Source of the DNA: Blastocladiella emersonii ATCC 22665
Lineage: Eukaryota; Fungi; Blastocladiomycota
Direction: 5' to 3'
Assembly: GCA_025594325.1 (NCBI GenBank)
Contig: JANHCV010000008.1
Span: 620,001 to 684,000, forward strand
DNA length: 64,000 nt
Each line of letters opens with the position of its first letter. Position 1 is the first letter of the stretch. Made by a program: the position numbers and the translations under genes. Shown here in pieces: positions 1 to 10,596 of this stretch. The notes below the pieces were generated by a model. That model ran no database searches, was not told where the DNA came from, and saw nothing but the letters and a program-made list of their open reading frames with translations.

Positions 1-153
1 GCGGATCACGGCCTGCACGACGAGCAGGAGCTCAGCGGTGTCGGCCGGCAGCTGCTGCGTGGACAAATATTGTGCAAGGTTTTCGCCGAGACTCCCGGTT
101 GGCAATGGCATAGCTCGCGCGAGTTCGTTGCATGGAGTGCGCGAGGTATTCAT
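1..153 (-). CDS. 5' start of a Gag-like ORF (mirror of 16370..), running out of the window
   Basis: Reverse complement of 16370-16522 (MNTSRTPCNELARAMPLP...). Confidence 0.55.
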   Translation of the reverse strand, partial: MNTSRTPCNELARAMPLPTGSLGENLAQYLSTQQLPADTAELLLVVQAVIR

Positions 154-254
154 GGCAAGGGTGGTGAGCGTGGTCGCATGTGGTGCGGAGAGCGAAGTTC
201 GGCGGCAGACGCGTCACGAGAAAATGAGCGCCGCGTCGAACCCATCAAGGCATT

Positions 255-368
255 GGAGGGTTTGCGGGGTTTAGCAAGCAAATCCTGAGCAAGCGAATCC
301 AGAGCAAAACGCGTGCAAATCCGGTCACGCGGGGACCGCGTGGGCCTCAGCCACCCCGGTGCGCCTTC
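255..368 (+). repeat. Left TIR of the Harbinger element
   Basis: Reverse complement of 6471-6584. Contains the hairpin CACGCGG-(N3)-CCGCGTG and short iterated TTGCTCAGGAT-like motifs. Confidence 0.9.
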
Positions 369-609
369 GTGTCGAGCGCGCCGGAACACGTCGACTCTCC
401 CCATCGTGCCTCGACCGAACGTACATCATGGATCATAATTATACTTGAGGCACCTAAACGCTTCGCGTTTGGTTGTCAATCGAGGGCTAAAGCCCCCGCC
501 ACGTATGGTGCACGACTGATGGAGGTGCTGTCGCGTGCGTCCCGCACAGGAGATTTAGGTGATCGAGCTATGGAAATCGTGCTATCGATGGATTAGATGA
601 TGGAATACA

Positions 610-3380
610 CTACGTTAATACTCTACTGTGTTTTCTGTTTCTTGGCGTTCTGTGAGCCTCCTCGCCTCCAGCACGTTTCTTGGCCAATCGCCGAAACCTT
701 GCGTTGAGAGCATCAGACGCGCGCTCGGCGACTAGCTTTTCAGCCGCGTGCTGGCGCGAGAAGAGAATCGCGTCGTCGAAGAGTTTAGCGATGCGCGGGT
801 TGCCTGGTGCGATGGCTGTACCTTGATCGAAAGCGGTCTTGGTCAGCTCGTCGAGCATCTGGAGCCGCTTGTCCTCGGCCACTGCGAGTGGATCCGGCTT
901 CATGGACTTGAGCACGGCTCTTGGGATCGGCTGAAGCACACACAGGTACTTTGAGCGACGAAGCCGCGATAACGCCACGTACAGGGAAGCGCCGCTGATG
1001 AGACGCTCCATGCCCGCGGGACGCAGATCTACCAGGGCGATGGCGTTCTTGGTCCCGCCTTGAACCCCGTGGACCGTCATGGCGAAGGCTGGCACCATCG
1101 GGTGCTTCTCGATGTGCGCGACGACATGATTAGGATACTTGCTCCTGTTGGTCTTGGTGTTGTTGTTGACACAGAGCGGGAGCGAATCCCCCGTTGTGCT
1201 GACGACCCGCTCTCGCGATGTGGAACCGCCCGCCATGTACAGGAAGTCCTTCCTCTCCACGGCAAGCGGGATGACCGTGTCAGGCCACGCGGCCGGCATG
1301 CCTGGGAAGCGAGGGCCACGAGGAGCGTCGGGCAGGTCGATCCACACGTTGAGTGGAGCGCAGGATGGCCGGTACATGTTGGACGCGGTTCGCGTGAACG
1401 TGGTTTCGGGCTTCCAGTCGATGTGGTGCACGACGCCAACCGCACCGTTCGCGCACCCCTTTGCTACGCACTGGTTGGTCTTGACGCGCATCTCCATTCC
1501 GACAAAGAGCTCGAGGATGGCCGGCAGTTCAGTCGTGGTTTCTGGCTCTCCTCCGAGGCGGAACACGTCCTTGTCGCAGATGGCGACGCGTTCACGCGTG
1601 CGGCGCCTATCACGCGGGCGCGTGATGCTGCCCTTGATCTGGTACACGATGCGGTTCGGGTTTGCTGCTGCGAGCCGCGTGTCGAGCAGGTTGAAGGCGT
1701 GGCGCGTGTGGTTGTCGGGCGCGATAACCGTGAGTCCGGGCTTCTTGAGGATCTCCTTGAGGACGTTGATGCCGTTTTCGTCGACCTGCTGCTGAAGCTG
1801 AGTGGTCGTACGCAAGTTGATCAGGTCGCACAGCGTGTCCGACGCCTTGACGAGGCGGAGCGCGTCCACTTCGTTGCCCCATGGTCGATCGTCAACAAAT
1901 CGGTTGCTCTTCACGAGACGAACAGCGCGTGTAGTGCGCCAGTACGCGACCTGGCCTCGATCCACGTGCTCGGGGACCGTCAATTGATTTGACGTCATGC
2001 GCAGGTAGAACGAGTCCGGCGCGTCGTTGAGCACGGCGGGCACCTTGTACAGGGCAGTTCCGTTGACGGGAGGCAGCTGTAAATGATCGCCAGCGAGCAT
2101 GACGATGCACCCGCCGAATGGTTCGTCGCACCGCCGCAGGAGGCGCAGGTTCGCGTCGATACGGCCGAGTAAAGTCGCGTCGCACATGGAGAACTCGTCG
2201 ATGACGACGCCGAGACGTCCTTTCCACGCGATGACAACCGCAGGATCGGTACGCAAACGGGCCACGTCCGGGCTGTTTTTTTTTTTTGGCCTTAGCGAAA
2301 AAGAGAACGCGGCGTGGATGGTCGTACCGCCAATGTTGGCGGCCGCGATCCCGGTCATGGCCATGACCATGAGGCACTATTCCCGGTTCCAGGACGCGAG
2401 AAAGTATCGGATCGCATCGACGACGCGCGACTTGCCCGTGCCGCCCGAGCCGGTGAGGATGATCGGCGTCCGGTCCTTGCTCATGGGCGGGAGGGCCGCG
2501 GTGCCGACGACATGTTGGACGTCGTCGCGGCCCAACAAGATCACGTTCTGCTCGGCCGAGGCCGCAGCGTCTGCGATACCCGCGTTGCCGCCGATGAAAG
2601 TGTCGATGAGCGGCATGAGGAAGAGCACGAACGCGCGGTGCTGCTCTTCGTTGAGGTTGAACTTGAGCGAGACCTGCGCGAGGCTCGCGTACGCGGGCGT
2701 GTGCACAGTGCGCTGCTTCTCGTCGCTCCACTCGTCGCCGCGTGTGTCGCAGGCAAAGTTGCTGATCGAGTCCGCGGCCTTGGTGACGAGGAACCGCGCG
2801 CGCGCGTCAGGATCCGTTGGCGTGGTCGTGAAGGCGCTGCGCCAAACGTCGACGGCTGGTCCGAGTTCTGGTTCGGGCACGTCGACGGCCATTTACGGGT
2901 CGATACCATGCTGAGATGTGTTTGTCGAGGCTCCAGATGGCACTGCGGGAACAATACCGATCATGGGCGGCTGCCCTGGCCCGGGAACGACAGGTACGGC
3001 GCCGACATCCGCAGTCGGATGACCTTGAGCCGCGGCAGCGCATAGTTGAGCCATGATCTTCTTGACGTCAGTCGGCGAGATGGGTGTCTCGAGGTACGGC
3101 GGCGGATGCGCGGCGTTGACACCGAACGGCTGCACGTCGGGGAAGAGCAGGGTGCCCATCATGCCGTGGCCCATTCCAGGGATCAGCGTAGAGGTCACGC
3201 TCTTGATGCGCTCGAGGTTCGCCTCAGTTTCGCCGTTGTCCGCCAGGATGCCCTCCACGTCCGAGTTGACGATAGTCGGGTCGAGAGCAATGTCGTTCTC
3301 CGACTGACCGACGACGCCAAGCACGGGTCCGGCTCGCGCAACGCTGACGGCACCGCCGCGGCCGCGGTTCCTCTGCGACG
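610..3380 (-). pseudogene. PIF1-family (SF1B) helicase of the Helitron element, copy L; two in-frame stops, 5' truncated
   Basis: Motifs LNEEQ, TGSGGTGKS (Walker A), MTGIAAANIGGTTIH, IDEFSM, AGDHLQLPPV, AFAMTVHGVQG, YVALSR. ORFs 2893..3582, 2377..2892 and 610..2370 share one frame, separated by TAA and TAG. Confidence 0.88.
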
Positions 3381-4189
3381 TGAACGCGTCGGACTCGTCA
3401 GAATCCGACGACGACCCGGGCTTCCCCGGCGACGAGGCCTTCACCTCGGCAGGCGTGCCGCACACGATGAAGGGCATGCGGGCCGAGCTCAACGAGGCTA
3501 CGGAGGTGTACCACGAGTGCATGCGCGACGGCTGCGAGAACTTTGTCAACAACCTCGCCGCGCACCAGGCCGCCCGCGCCACGGCAAACGGCGTCGCATC
3601 TGGCGCCGCTGGTCACGGTGTGCAGCAGGTCGCCGCCTCGATTGCCGCGGAACCCGCGGCGCAGCAGCTCACGATCCAGCAGCCCGTCGACATCTCGGCC
3701 GCCGTCGTCTCGCCCGCCGCGGCGCCCGTGACGCAGGAGCACGCGATCCAGCCACTCGCTGTCGTGTCGCCCGCCATCAACTCGCCCGCCAACACCAAGA
3801 ACGCCGGCGGCAAGAACACCGGCACCAAGAAGTACGGCGGCTTCCCGAGCTGCGCGGACCCCATTTGGACTCACTCGTTCATCGCGATCGGCAGCATCGA
3901 CAAGATCGTCGTGGGGGTGCCGGACTCGAACTCCGTGTCGGTCGGGTGCGACATGGAGGACGCGGCCGCAGCTGCGGCTCCGACAACCGCGGCGCTTGCG
4001 GCGTGCACGCCCCCCGCCATCGGTGACGACCAAGCCGGTGTCCCGACGTCTACCGCCAACGCGACGAAGCGCACGGCGGCGACCGCCGCCGCGGCCGCCG
4101 AGGAGGAGCACGAGGAGTGCGTCGTCAACGACGAGCATGAGGCGCAGCCCAAGCGGCGCCGCAGCGGCCGCCTGTCCTCGTCGACCTGA
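3380..4189 (+). CDS. Unknown low-complexity ORF inside the Helitron, antisense to the helicase; probably a 5'-truncated fragment
   Basis: 269 aa with strong G/C third positions, an Ala-rich linker and a C-terminal basic NLS-like PKRRR. Begins at GTG back-to-back with the helicase frame. Confidence 0.5.
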   Translation: MNASDSSESDDDPGFPGDEAFTSAGVPHTMKGMRAELNEATEVYHECMRDGCENFVNNLAAHQAARATANGVASGAAGHGVQQVAASIAAEPAAQQLTIQQPVDISAAVVSPAAAPVTQEHAIQPLAVVSPAINSPANTKNAGGKNTGTKKYGGFPSCADPIWTHSFIAIGSIDKIVVGVPDSNSVSVGCDMEDAAAAAAPTTAALAACTPPAIGDDQAGVPTSTANATKRTAATAAAAAEEEHEECVVNDEHEAQPKRRRSGRLSSST

Positions 4190-4597
4190 TGCACTCGCTC
4201 CCGCCCCGACTCTGTTCATTCCCCTCGCGCAGACTCGCGCAGACTCTTGTTTCCTCCCACACAAAGATATACTTTTCGTTCTCCTACGTTCACATCGCTC
4301 CGATCCTCTTGAACTCAGAAGCTCGCGAAGCACGCGAGTCGGTGCAACGCGCTCCGCTCGCCCTTGAGTGGTTGGCGCCGCGCGGCGCTTCCGCGGGTTG
4401 GGCCGAGGCCGATTACGTGCAAGGCCAGGACGCGTTGCGCCACAGCAGTCACATGAGAAACGACGCGTCTGTCACGCGTTTTTGGGTCGCTCACGTGGAT
4501 CGCGCTCACGTGAGCGTCGGCACCCTATCCGGCAGCGACCCGGTCTAGAAAGAGGGCTTTAGCCCTCGATGGACTCTTTCTTGCTGCAATAGATCTC

Positions 4598-5735
4598 ATG
4601 AACGGCCAGCTTGCTCCTCAGTTCGCGCCGCCCGAGGTGGTCCAACTTGCTCAGGCGCTTGTGCGACAGCGGGAGCAGCGGGCGCTGCTGATGCACCAAG
4701 CGCGCGTCGCCGCGCTCCTTGCCCCTCGCCCAAAGCCTCACGGCAGGCAGATGTGACGACAGCAGCCGTTTGTTCTTGACGAGTTCAATGACCGAGACTG
4801 CTGGGCCAAGTTCCGCTTCCAGCGCGACGACATCCGCTACCTCGCGCACCAACTACTGCCAGAGTATATCGTGTTGGATGTCCGCCACGCACCCGTTCAC
4901 TGTGAAGTCGCGCTGTGCGTCCTGCTCCGCCGCCTCGCGTATCTGTGCCGACTTGGTGATTTATGCCCAATCTTTCCATACGATGGGTCGGTGCTCTCGC
5001 GGATCATAAACACGACGCTCCGCCAGATCATCCAGACCTGGTCGCACCTTCTGACTATCCGCGTTGAGGCGATGCCGCCACGAGCGCTGCAGCAGTTCGC
5101 TGCTGCGGTCCATGCTTCCGGGGCTCCTGTACAGCACTGTATCGGCTTTCTTGACGGCCCCATCAAGTGTATCGCTCGTCCGGTGGCGATAACGCGGTTC
5201 AGCGCAACGTTTACACGGGCCGCAAGCGCGTTCATGGTCTCACAGTGCAGGGCGTCATGGCGCCAAACGGTCTTTTTATCGATGTTCGCGGCGTGTGGCC
5301 GGCCTCGTTCCACAACGCCAACGTTCTTCGTCGCTCCCAGCTTCTTGACCGCCTTGCACAACTCCCTCTCGCACCGGGCGGTCGGCCATACTTTCTTTAT
5401 GCTGACTCGGCGTACCCCCGTGGGTCCGACCATCCTGACGCCGCCCCGTGGTCGCAACCTGCCCGCTGACCTTGCTGCCTACAAGCGTCGCATGTCCGCT
5501 GCGCGTGTCCGTCGAGTGGGGATTCGGCATGGTCCTGAAGGACTGGGCCTTCTTGGACTACGTCAGGAACAACCAGCTTCACATGCACCCGCTCTGCGAT
5601 CTCTACTTCGCCGCATTCCTGTTCTCAAACTTGAAGACATGCTTGTACCGGCGCAACATCATCACGGACCATTTCCAGCTGGTTCCGCCCACCGTTGACG
5701 CGTACCTGGCGGGACTGGTGTCTCTCGAAATTTGA
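4598..5735 (+). pseudogene. PIF/Harbinger (DDE_Tnp_4, HARBI1-like) transposase pseudogene
   Basis: FRFQRDDI, ALCVLLRRLAY, GFLDG (D1), YTGRKRVHGL, LYADSAY (D2), RVSVEWGFG (E), PPTVDAYL. In-frame TGA at 4754 and two frameshifts (about 5180 and 5450-5500). Confidence 0.9.
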
Positions 5736-5804
5736 TCAAATTGACAACACCTTCATGGACTCGGGATGACAGGGTGGATATCTCAATACAGGAGAGGGTG
5801 TACC

Positions 5805-6377
5805 TTACACAAAAATCGCGTCATGCGGCAGGCGCGCGAGAAGCGCGGCCTGCGCCTGCATGAGGGGCGGGCCCATGTTGAGCAGGGCGGCGAGGTGGGC
5901 GGCGCGCTGCAGGTCCGACAGGGCCGGGTCGATGACTTGGGCACCTTGACACTCTAAGCGGTGCGACGCTTCGAGTACGGCAGCCACAAGCTCGGTCGGG
6001 ACCTGGTTCGAGCACAGAACGTGGTACGTCGAGACCGCGTAGGGCAGCGCAGCGCCGGCCGGCTGGTGGTAGTAGTGCAGGGCAACAGCGTGATGCGCGA
6101 TGGTCACGGCCATGTCGACTCCCGGCGGGGCGCCGTCGTTGAGGGTGTTGCGGCCACCGCGCCCGCCGCCGATGTGCAGCACAGGTCCTCCCACGTTGAG
6201 GACCAGACCGCCGCCGAGTCCGGCATGGGGCGCGGACACCGTGGTCGGCGAGATGCCCGGGGCCGGGATTAGCGCTGGCTGCGCGTGACCCGGTCCGTGC
6301 TGCTTTGGGTACGCGAGGCTGAGCGGCAGCGGCGGCGGGCAGCTGGACGCCATGACGGAGTCAAGAATGCATTGCAT
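5805..6377 (-). CDS. Second (accessory) ORF of the Harbinger element; no Myb/SANT motif recognised
   Basis: 190-aa ORF convergent with the transposase and inside the TIRs, the position of the Harbinger DNA-binding ORF. Confidence 0.4.
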   Translation of the reverse strand: MQCILDSVMASSCPPPLPLSLAYPKQHGPGHAQPALIPAPGISPTTVSAPHAGLGGGLVLNVGGPVLHIGGGRGGRNTLNDGAPPGVDMAVTIAHHAVALHYYHQPAGAALPYAVSTYHVLCSNQVPTELVAAVLEASHRLECQGAQVIDPALSDLQRAAHLAALLNMGPPLMQAQAALLARLPHDAIFV

Positions 6378-6470
6378 AGGCTATGCCGCCAGGGCATGTA
6401 GTGGTTTCGCCTCGATGAGGGGCGTGAGGGGACGAGCGAGTCGGGCAGGCGACGTCAAGGAGGTGGAGCG

Positions 6471-6584
6471 GAAGGCGCGCCGGGGTGGCTGAGGCCCACG
6501 CGGTCCCCGCGTGACCGGATTTGCACGCGTTTTGCTCAGGATTCGCTTGCTCAGGATTTGCTTGCTAAACCCCGCAAACCCTCC
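6471..6584 (+). repeat. Right TIR of the Harbinger element
   Basis: Inverted match to 255-368; direct match to 16155-16268; followed by ATT. Confidence 0.9.
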
Positions 6585-6732
6585 ATTAAACTATATTTCG
6601 CGAAACCGACATCACTCTGGCATCGCACAGCCTTCGTCAAAGAACGGTTCGAGGAGGAGACGCAACCGCTCCTGACTATTCGATCCAAGATTACAAACCC
6701 GCTTCATTCCGATCTTTCTCAGAGCTCATCAA

Positions 6733-8283
6733 TCACCGGCACAAGCAGCCGAAGGATCCGCGCTCGGTTTTGCGCCTCCAACTTCCGGACCCTCTCAAGT
6801 ACATGCCGCGCCAGTTGGACCGTGAGCGGAGCCAAAAGCGCCTTGGACAAGACTTGGCCGTGTCAACTCGCTCCGATTCCTGCTTGAGCTGCCGCCAGTC
6901 GATCCTCATGAGGCGCATTGCGACAGCGACCGTCTCAGATAACGCCCGAGGATGTATGAGAAGTGGGCACACGTGAAAGGTGTGGAAGCGGCAAGACGGA
7001 GGGCAAAGGTCGACAAACCGTGTACAGAAGCAGCACCCGGGTTGCACCGACAACATATTCGGCTCAACGCGATACGATGGGAACGTGGTCTGTGCGAAGG
7101 AGGCACTCATTTCTGCAACGTTGCCGGCCGGATCCCACAAGATTGCGTAGAGATGTTTTGGTTTCGGCCTCAGACAGATGAGAAGCCTTTCGGCGAAGTT
7201 GGTCTTGATTGGCCACGTCCGCTCAAGCGCGCTTGAGTACCCAGGCGCGGCTTCCTCGAGCAAGTCATGAAAGCGTGCATAGAAATCGGTGATAAGCATG
7301 CCAGGCGTTCGCGCCAGGCCGAGCCAGCGAGCGGCCCAGTCGCGCCGCGCTGGATCGGCTGGATTAATTGAATCGAGGAAGATGCGCTCGGCCTCTGCGT
7401 CCGACGCGTCGAAGCGAAGAAAGACCGAGTAGACATAATGTACCGTCCGCGTCGCGTTCCAGCTTGATGCGAGAAGTGCGGTTGCAAGCGAAACGGGGAA
7501 CGGGGAGCAGTCGGGAGATGACGCGATGCGCCACAGCGAGGCAAGGAAGTCGTGCGGGTCGTTGGTATCCAACAGATCCGTCTGATCAAGCTGCCGAAGC
7601 CGAGGGCCAAACTTGTCAAGGTGACGCCGCAGTGATTTAAGGTCCATATGTGAAATTTCGGGCAGGTGCTCCGTAAGTTGCGCAAAGCCCTCATGGCGAG
7701 GCAAATGTACGGCAAACCTTGAGCCGGGAGAAGGAGCGCGTGCACAATTGCGAAGCACAGCTGTAGAGCTTGTGACGTCCGCGTATGACACGAGCAGGGG
7801 ATGGGCTTCAGTCGTTTGGGTCGCCAGATGGGCCTGCTCAAGGTCCACTGGATTACGCGCCGTCAAAGCGCCGTTGGAAGAAGATGACTCGAGATGCTTC
7901 ACAGCAGGCGTGTGTTCGATCACAACGTTGGCCACGCCCGACCTGGTAGCCAGCCGCTGCGGCTTGGCAGCACCATGAGTAGGCTCCAAAAGTAGCCGCA
8001 GCCGCAGACGAAGCTGTATCGACTCGAGGCGCACCCTCAAGAGATCTTTCAGCGACTGCTCGTGCTGCTCCGCCGGCACCGGCAAGTCAAGCGCAGAGTC
8101 CGCGGGGTTCGATGAGAGGCAAAATTTGCTTGACGCCGTGCTTCCGCGGGCTGGCACAGACTTGCCAGATAAATTGCATAAAGTTTCATGATGATTCATT
8201 GCGAGCTGGATGTGGGATACGAGTCGACGCTGAGTGCTGTTCGTGCACGCGTCCCCCCTGTTCTCACGAAGCAACTTCCCCAA
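6733..8283 (-). CDS. Gag-like protein B with extended CCHC knuckle; C-terminus possibly frameshifted
   Basis: WLGLARTPGMLITDFYARFHDLLEEA...IKTNFAERL resembles the retrotransposon Gag C-terminal capsid signature. Knuckle CCFC-X13-H-X4-C. Homologous to 16370..18094 and 10597..11200. Confidence 0.6.
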   Translation of the reverse strand: MGKLLRENRGDACTNSTQRRLVSHIQLAMNHHETLCNLSGKSVPARGSTASSKFCLSSNPADSALDLPVPAEQHEQSLKDLLRVRLESIQLRLRLRLLLEPTHGAAKPQRLATRSGVANVVIEHTPAVKHLESSSSNGALTARNPVDLEQAHLATQTTEAHPLLVSYADVTSSTAVLRNCARAPSPGSRFAVHLPRHEGFAQLTEHLPEISHMDLKSLRRHLDKFGPRLRQLDQTDLLDTNDPHDFLASLWRIASSPDCSPFPVSLATALLASSWNATRTVHYVYSVFLRFDASDAEAERIFLDSINPADPARRDWAARWLGLARTPGMLITDFYARFHDLLEEAAPGYSSALERTWPIKTNFAERLLICLRPKPKHLYAILWDPAGNVAEMSASFAQTTFPSYRVEPNMLSVQPGCCFCTRFVDLCPPSCRFHTFHVCPLLIHPRALSETVAVAMRLMRIDWRQLKQESERVDTAKSCPRRFWLRSRSNWRGMYLRGSGSWRRKTERGSFGCLCR

Positions 8284-8403
8284 GCGGTCACGCCAGCCTC
8301 ACCTGATATCGAAACGCGTCGATTGCATTTGGAGACGATTTTCTTTTGTCTCACTCAACGTGAGCCAGCTCGTTTAACTCCAATACTCTACAAACCGATT
8401 TAT

Positions 8404-9666
8404 TCATGCTCGGCCGCGCGAAGCAAGCCGCGGCTCAAATCGACGCGACTCCACCATGGCGTAGTCGCGCGCCTCTTCTTTTGAGTAGTGCGCTGGGGCC
8501 CGCTCCATGAAATGAACCAGCACCAGGACCTTGAAGATGTGAGTAGCGCGTTCGCCGACAGGCTCGATACGCTGCAACTGGCCGAGCATGGCGCAAGCAA
8601 GCCGAAGCTCCCGATTTTCGCAACGCGCTTCGAGTTTGCGCGAAAGCTGACGGAGCAGGCCAACGAGTTCGCTGTCTAATCGGTCAACCTCGGCCACGAA
8701 ACGAAACTTGGGCGGGAGCGGAACCGCTGGGCGGGCGCGTGTGCTCAGCGTCCGGAGCGCCATCTGGATGGTCACGGCCGCGTTCACCGGGTTCGTGACG
8801 CGATGGCATCGCCCATCGTGGTGAGGAATCGAATTACGATGTTGAGGTTTGAGTGCCTCGCGCATATATGCGCGGCAGAAGTCGCAGTCGGCGCTGCTGG
8901 TTGAGAGTGAACGAGACCGGGACCCAGATTGGGCGCCCTGGATTGGATTGGGTAGGTTGTTTCTTGGGAGGAGCAATCTCGGTGGAGACCTGGATCGGGA
9001 GTATGGGCCGTGCGACCCCGAGCTGCTCCTATCGTGACGCCGACTGCATGGAGAGCGGCTGGGAGACCGGTGGGAACGACGAGTGGAGCGAGTGCGGAAG
9101 CGAGAACTCGAGCGTTCGCGACGATGAGCGGGTACGCGAGGCGGTGAGCGGGACCGTGAGCGAGAGCGCGCGTATCCTCTTCCTCGCAACTTTGTTGCGT
9201 CATCGGCAGCTTGATATTCTTGATGATGTGAGGTAACGCTGCTCTCAACGAAGCCAAGCAAACGCTCGACCGACTGCAAAGACAATGAGATAGCGGCGAA
9301 TGTCGACTGAGCACTTGCAAGGTGTGTTATAATCGGCTGTACACAGCGGCCGAGCAATGTTACGCGGCATAAATCAAGCCGGCGAGCCATAGCAACGAGA
9401 GTCGCATCATGTTGAAGCTGGCGCAGCGCCGCGCGACCGTCGGGGAAGCGACCTGATTTCAAAGTTTCCGCGACTCGGGCCTCTGCATCGTCGAGCATGA
9501 TTTCATTCATGTTTTCATTCGCGTTGCATGGAGTCTTCATTGTTTCTTGCGTGGTCCCGCGTCGCGGCGAGTAGGACAAGGCGGACTTGGCACGGACGCA
9601 CCACTTGACGCTTATCAACCTTTGACACCGCTGCTGGTCAGCTGCCCGCGATTTTCCGCCGCGCAC
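8404..9666 (-). CDS. RS-rich protein C with extended CCHC knuckle (Gag-like family)
   Basis: RSRSRSRSPPR tracts, then CDFC-X17-H-X4-C, then TIQMALRTLSTRARPAVPLPP, which is similar to ORF 9973..10548. Confidence 0.55.
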   Translation of the reverse strand: MRGGKSRAADQQRCQRLISVKWCVRAKSALSYSPRRGTTQETMKTPCNANENMNEIMLDDAEARVAETLKSGRFPDGRAALRQLQHDATLVAMARRLDLCRVTLLGRCVQPIITHLASAQSTFAAISLSLQSVERLLGFVESSVTSHHQEYQAADDATKLRGRGYARSRSRSRSPPRVPAHRRERSSSRFRTRSTRRSHRSPSRSPCSRRHDRSSSGSHGPYSRSRSPPRLLLPRNNLPNPIQGAQSGSRSRSLSTSSADCDFCRAYMREALKPQHRNSIPHHDGRCHRVTNPVNAAVTIQMALRTLSTRARPAVPLPPKFRFVAEVDRLDSELVGLLRQLSRKLEARCENRELRLACAMLGQLQRIEPVGERATHIFKVLVLVHFMERAPAHYSKEEARDYAMVESRRFEPRLASRGRA

Positions 9667-9972
9667 CCACTCTCGCGCAACAAACCAAGACTCTTGAAGG
9701 TTGTGTAACAGATACTGGCAAAGTTAGGAACAGGGCTTCTTCTCATGGCGACCATCGATCTGACCGCCGTTGACACCCAAGGGAACTGGCTCGAAGAGGC
9801 GAGGATGTATGCAGTCAGGGACGTGTAGTTCTGTCGTCAGCTCCCGAATCGAGGCGGGTTGAAGGAGAGATGATGAGTGAAATAGCGTATATTGGCGCAG
9901 CGGGAGCGCGGTGGGTTAGAGAGACGGTCGCGGACGGAACACGCAAGATCAGGTGGTGGATCACCACTATCA

Positions 9973-10548
9973 TCATCGCATGAATGATACGTAACAGGTG
10001 TGCTGTAGAGCGGATCGGGCAGTGCTGAGCCCAAGCGCGCTCACCATGCCGTACAGTTTGTGGTGGATCTGCTTGGCCCGCAGCATGGCCAACCCGATTC
10101 GCGCCATACCGCGCAGTCCGGCTGACGTGACCCAGTGCTCGCGCGTCTCACACGACGGCTCGAGCCCCCGCGAGAGGTCGAGCACGTAGTCGGCAAGCGT
10201 CTTGTCCGCTTTGCCCGGATGCGGACGCGATCGTGGTGGCAGGACCTGCGGCCGCGCTGCGCGGGATAGCGACCGGAACGCGGTGTGGATCGCCATGGCC
10301 GCTTTCAGCGCGCTGGCGAGGCGTTCACGCAGCACGGCGTCGTGCTGTTTGACGCGCGGCAGCGAACGTAAAAGCGAGTGCTGGGCGAGTAGCGCTTCGC
10401 AGTAGCGACACTTGACGTCGCGCGTGGCCGGCGATGTGGTTGGGCTAGGCGACCTGTTGCTCGACAAGGGGTTGTGCGGCGAGCTGAGGTCTGCAGCGGA
10501 CGCGTCCTCGAAAAATCCGCGCGGCGCATTTTTTGGCCAGCTTGTCAA
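9973..10548 (-). CDS. Paralog D of ORF 8404..9666, shorter; last knuckle Cys replaced by Arg
   Basis: CRYC-X18-H-X4-R (CGT codon, one change from TGT); AIHTAFRSLSRAARPQVLPP matches ORF C. Confidence 0.5.
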   Translation of the reverse strand: MTSWPKNAPRGFFEDASAADLSSPHNPLSSNRSPSPTTSPATRDVKCRYCEALLAQHSLLRSLPRVKQHDAVLRERLASALKAAMAIHTAFRSLSRAARPQVLPPRSRPHPGKADKTLADYVLDLSRGLEPSCETREHWVTSAGLRGMARIGLAMLRAKQIHHKLYGMVSALGLSTARSALQHTCYVSFMR

Positions 10549-10596
10549 TCCGAAAACGCTGTAACCATGATTCCATTTTAATTGTCATTTCTTCTC

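Larger units (their letters stand above)
444..4569 (-). mobile_element. Helitron2/Helentron-type non-autonomous element, copy L (4126 bp)
   Basis: 5' TCGAGGGCTAAAGCCC. 3' end has the inverted copy of that 16-mer, then hairpin AAACGC-GAA-GCGTTT, then AGGTGCCTCAAG. Inserted between A and T with no TSD. Encodes a PIF1 helicase; no HUH/Rep motif recognised. Confidence 0.82.
1..4570 (-). repeat. Left arm of a large inverted duplication; mirror of 11953-16522, truncated by the window edge
   Basis: Mirror ORFs have identical translations and coordinates summing to 16523 (610..2370/14153..15913; 32..217/16306..16491; 4368..4562/11961..12155). Identity stops right at the CCCTCGAT terminus (4570/11953). 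Confidence 0.97.
255..6584 (+). mobile_element. PIF/Harbinger-superfamily DNA transposon (about 2.2 kb without its insert), interrupted by a Helitron-type element
   Basis: 114-bp TIRs (255-368 and 6471-6584, ends GGAGGG...CCCTCC, 2 mismatches seen), 3-bp TSD ATT (252-254 and 6585-6587), internal DDE_Tnp_4-type transposase and a convergent second ORF. Confidence 0.85.

Noticed and set aside
6471-6584. 114-bp repeat as an LTR of the Gag-like ORFs
   Set aside because: Better explained as Harbinger TIRs: inverted pair, ATT TSD, enclosed transposase. No TG..CA ends, PBS or PPT seen.
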